DNA of 11,017 bases from Anthoceros angustus (lineage: Eukaryota > Plantae > Anthocerotophyta): the NCBI GenBank assembly GCA_010909165.1, contig VJWM01000423.1, positions 1 to 11,017 of the forward strand, read 5' to 3'. The position numbers and the translations under genes were made by a program. The notes under the pieces were generated by a model. The model did no database searches. It saw only the letters and a list, made by a program, of their open reading frames with translations, and was not told the DNA's origin. Positions within the stretch are counted from its first letter, which is position 1; every line of letters starts with the position of its first letter. Shown one piece after another: positions 8,828 to 11,017 of this stretch.

Positions 8828-10603
8828 ATGTCATCTACTTTTACCTCCGATCTCAAGAGCACGATAGATTTAATGGCACGCGCTTTGATATTTGGAGTGT
8901 CGGGATGAAATCCACTTTACTTGCTCGTGGAGTCCGGGATGTAGTTGATGGGACAAACCCGCATCCGGCACTCCTTCTAATCCTACAAGCAGGAGCTACC
9001 GTTCAAAACAAAGATGCATGGGATAACTCGAATAATTGTCAGAGCCCTAGTCAATGGGCTTGAGTCCGATCTTGTCCCCGAAATTGAGTTCCTTACCAAT
9101 GCAAAAGCAATTTGGGATCACCACAGGAACTTACAAAGTTGAAACAATGATGAGCTTATGCATCGCAAAGCAATTTTATACCTTGCGCATGAAGGAAGGA
9201 GATTACATTGATTCACTAGTCGGTTTAGGCACTTGCGTGCTCAAATGGCGCTCTTGGCACAACTATGCAAGAGGTGGATGCGGTAGCACGCCTTCTCACC
9301 ACCGCCTCCCGCCACGGACATTTGTCACCACACAAAATGGTCCCATTCGAGCTGCCGAGTGTCAAGCTCAGATGTTATTGGGGCTCTATATCAAGAGGAA
9401 ATGAGCCGCCAAATGTCATCAAGGGGACAACAGTTCTAAACCGACAAAGTTTTTCTGCGACAAGAGGAGGTCGATTCAACATGAGAGGCGAGGGAGAGGT
9501 CAACCACCGCCGCAATGCCGCTCAACCTTCCGCATCAAGGACAAGGTAACCGCAATTGGTGTGGGACTCGGGCACCGGGCCGAGAAAGAAAAGGCCGGGA
9601 GCCCCGGGCAACACCTCGACCCACAACACCGCCACATCACAATCAAAAGAGAAGGTTTCAACCTCACCAAGCAAACCTTGTGAAAATATTAACGCTGAGC
9701 ACTCAAACGAGTGAGGTAGACAACACCTTGATAGCGGTGCCACCGCTCACATATGTCGTGATGAGCTTCAATTCACTAGCTTGACTCTTACCACTATTTA
9801 ACGAGTGTTTTAGGTGATGAATCCCAGTAGCGCACATACATGGTAAAGGCATCCGTAAGTTCCCACTTCATGATGATACCGCCTTAGTTCTACCGGATGT
9901 TCTTTATGTTCCTAAGATGGCTAAAAATTTAATGTCACTTAGTAAGATAATGCATGAAGGACCTCATACTTACATCTAAACCACATGTTGCTTTGCTCGT
10001 AGCTCACCTTCTGTGTATTTTCAAAGTCCTAGATTGTAATTGTATCGTCTGGATATCTCTTGTATCCGCCTGAACAAGCAAATTCCAGTTGGTCCCTTGA
10101 CAACAGAAGTCAGACTTTGGCATGCCCGCCTTGGGCATGCAAACCGTTCTAAACTTGTTGACTTATCAAAGCGGATCACTGAGAGCCCTTCCTCATTGCT
10201 TTCAAAGATCGCCCATATGCGAAGTTTGTGCTTTGGCAAACAATGGAGACTCCTTTTCCTACAATTCCTCGCATTTCGATCCACTAGCTCGAGTTAGTAC
10301 ATGCCGACATCTGGGAGACTTCAAGAACAATCCCTTGGTGGAGCATTATATTATTTTACTCTCACCGATGACTATAGCGGATATACATGGACCTACCCTA
10401 TGGAGCATAAGAGTGACACCTTTCGGATATTTCAAGACCGGCTGTTGGTTGTTCAAAGGCAACTGCTGAAGATGTTCCGCACCGACAACGGAGGGAATTT
10501 ACAAGCTCGCCTTTGAGCATTTCGAAACACAAGGCATTATTCATCACCGATAGTTCCATACACGCAGCAGCGAGCGTGGCGGAAAGAAGAAACCAGACGA
10601 TGG
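8828..10603 (+). pseudogene. Frameshifted copia gag-pol (gag, CCHC knuckle, protease, GAG-pre-integrase, integrase core); frameshifts may be read errors
   Basis: ACC-ATG 8828 gives MSSTFTSDLK..DRFNGTRFDIWSV.MKSTLLARGV. KQFYTLRMKEGDYI at ~9170-9210. Knuckle (C)NWCG..GH at ~9550-9590. LDSGATAHIC with Asp at 9730. LWHARLGH at 10115, then CEVC. Integrase D,D35E residues: VHAD 10306, RTDNGG 10484, GVAERRNQT 10582. Confidence 0.93.
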
Positions 10604-10882
10604 GCCGCCATAGCGCGCGGGGCGGGGCAGGCGGGCGGCGAGCTCCGCCGGTACGCCCTCGGCAAAGTCCAGCCGCCAGCCGGGCCTCCCGCGCCGCGCC
10701 AGCCGCTCGCCGCCGGGGCTGGCCGGCAGGCGTTCCAGCTCGGCGAAGGGCACGGTCGCGGCGGTGCCGTCCTCTGGCACGATGGAGAGGCCGGCGGCGG
10801 TGACGGCGACCGTGACCGCGTGGCGCCGGCCGGAATGGCCGTCGAACAGCGCCGCAGGATAAGGCTCCTCCGAGGGGCTCAC
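10604..10882 (-). CDS. N-terminal ~93 aa of a bacterial M48-family metallopeptidase-like protein, truncated at the junction
   Basis: GTG start overlaps the upstream stop (GTGA). MSPSEEPYPAALFDGHSGRRHAVTVAVTAAGLSIV...WRLDFAEGVPAELAARLPRPARYGG resembles the N-terminal domain of M48 proteins that follow YjgN genes in alphaproteobacteria. High GC3, no frameshift. The HExxH catalytic region is absent, so the call is by recall and gene context. Confidence 0.72.
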
Positions 10883-11017
10883 AGCGCCCCCATGTCGAAG
10901 GCATCGAGCAGGCCCTCGCCCTGGCGCAGCTCCGGCGTGGTCGAGGGGCCGATCGCCTCCATCTCGATCTCGCCGTAGGCCTCGAGGTGGGTGATGAAGA
11001 ACTTCCAGTGGCGATAG
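10879..11017 (-). CDS. C-terminal 45 aa of a bacterial YjgN/DUF898-family membrane protein (runs off the right edge)
   Basis: Frame 11016 to 10879 reads YRHWKFFITHLEAYGEIEMEAIGPSTTPELRQGEGLLDAFDMGAL*. The GEGLLDAFDxG terminus is what I recall for Sphingomonadaceae-type DUF898 proteins. 4-nt overlap with the next gene. Confidence 0.78.
   Translation of the reverse strand, partial: YRHWKFFITHLEAYGEIEMEAIGPSTTPELRQGEGLLDAFDMGAL

Larger units (their letters stand above)
7608..10603 (+). mobile_element. Ty1/copia LTR retrotransposon #2, 5' portion, truncated within integrase at the junction with bacterial DNA
   Basis: LTR, PBS, ~1 kb leader containing an extra ORF, then gag, protease and integrase in copia order. 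No RT, RNase H or 3' LTR. Confidence 0.9.

Noticed and set aside
10398-10904. ORFs spanning the junction (10398-10904 minus, 10513-10803 plus, and the tail of 10544-10882) as fusion genes
   Set aside because: They are read-through of GC-rich off-frames or the antisense of integrase across a probable chimeric join. Only the bacterial frame 10882 to 10604 is credible.

Overview
Mostly plant repetitive DNA, with about 410 bp of GC-rich bacterial coding sequence joined abruptly at ~10603. From left to right: (1) the 5' half of a minus-strand Ty1/copia LTR retrotransposon (gag, protease and start of integrase at 1-1295; a very GC-rich leader; PBS; a 266-bp LTR at 2040-2305). (2) A ~3.5 kb GC-rich stretch with palindromic tandem repeats and a long frameshifted minus-strand ORF with no recognisable domain, resembling the extra-ORF region of Ty3/gypsy Tat/Retand elements. 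(3) A frameshifted minus-strand ORF whose C-terminal part reconstructs to a ParB/Srx-like domain (5911-6290). (4) A second, plus-strand copia element (LTR 7608-7789, PBS, an unexpected ~144-codon ORF upstream of gag, then gag-protease-integrase), cut just after the integrase catalytic Glu. (5) A bacterial YjgN/DUF898-like C-terminus overlapping the start of an M48-peptidase-like gene. Many plant-side lesions fall on CAG/CTG trinucleotides, which suggests long-read miscalls at methylated CHG sites rather than old decay. All family assignments come from motifs I recognise by eye; no database search was run.
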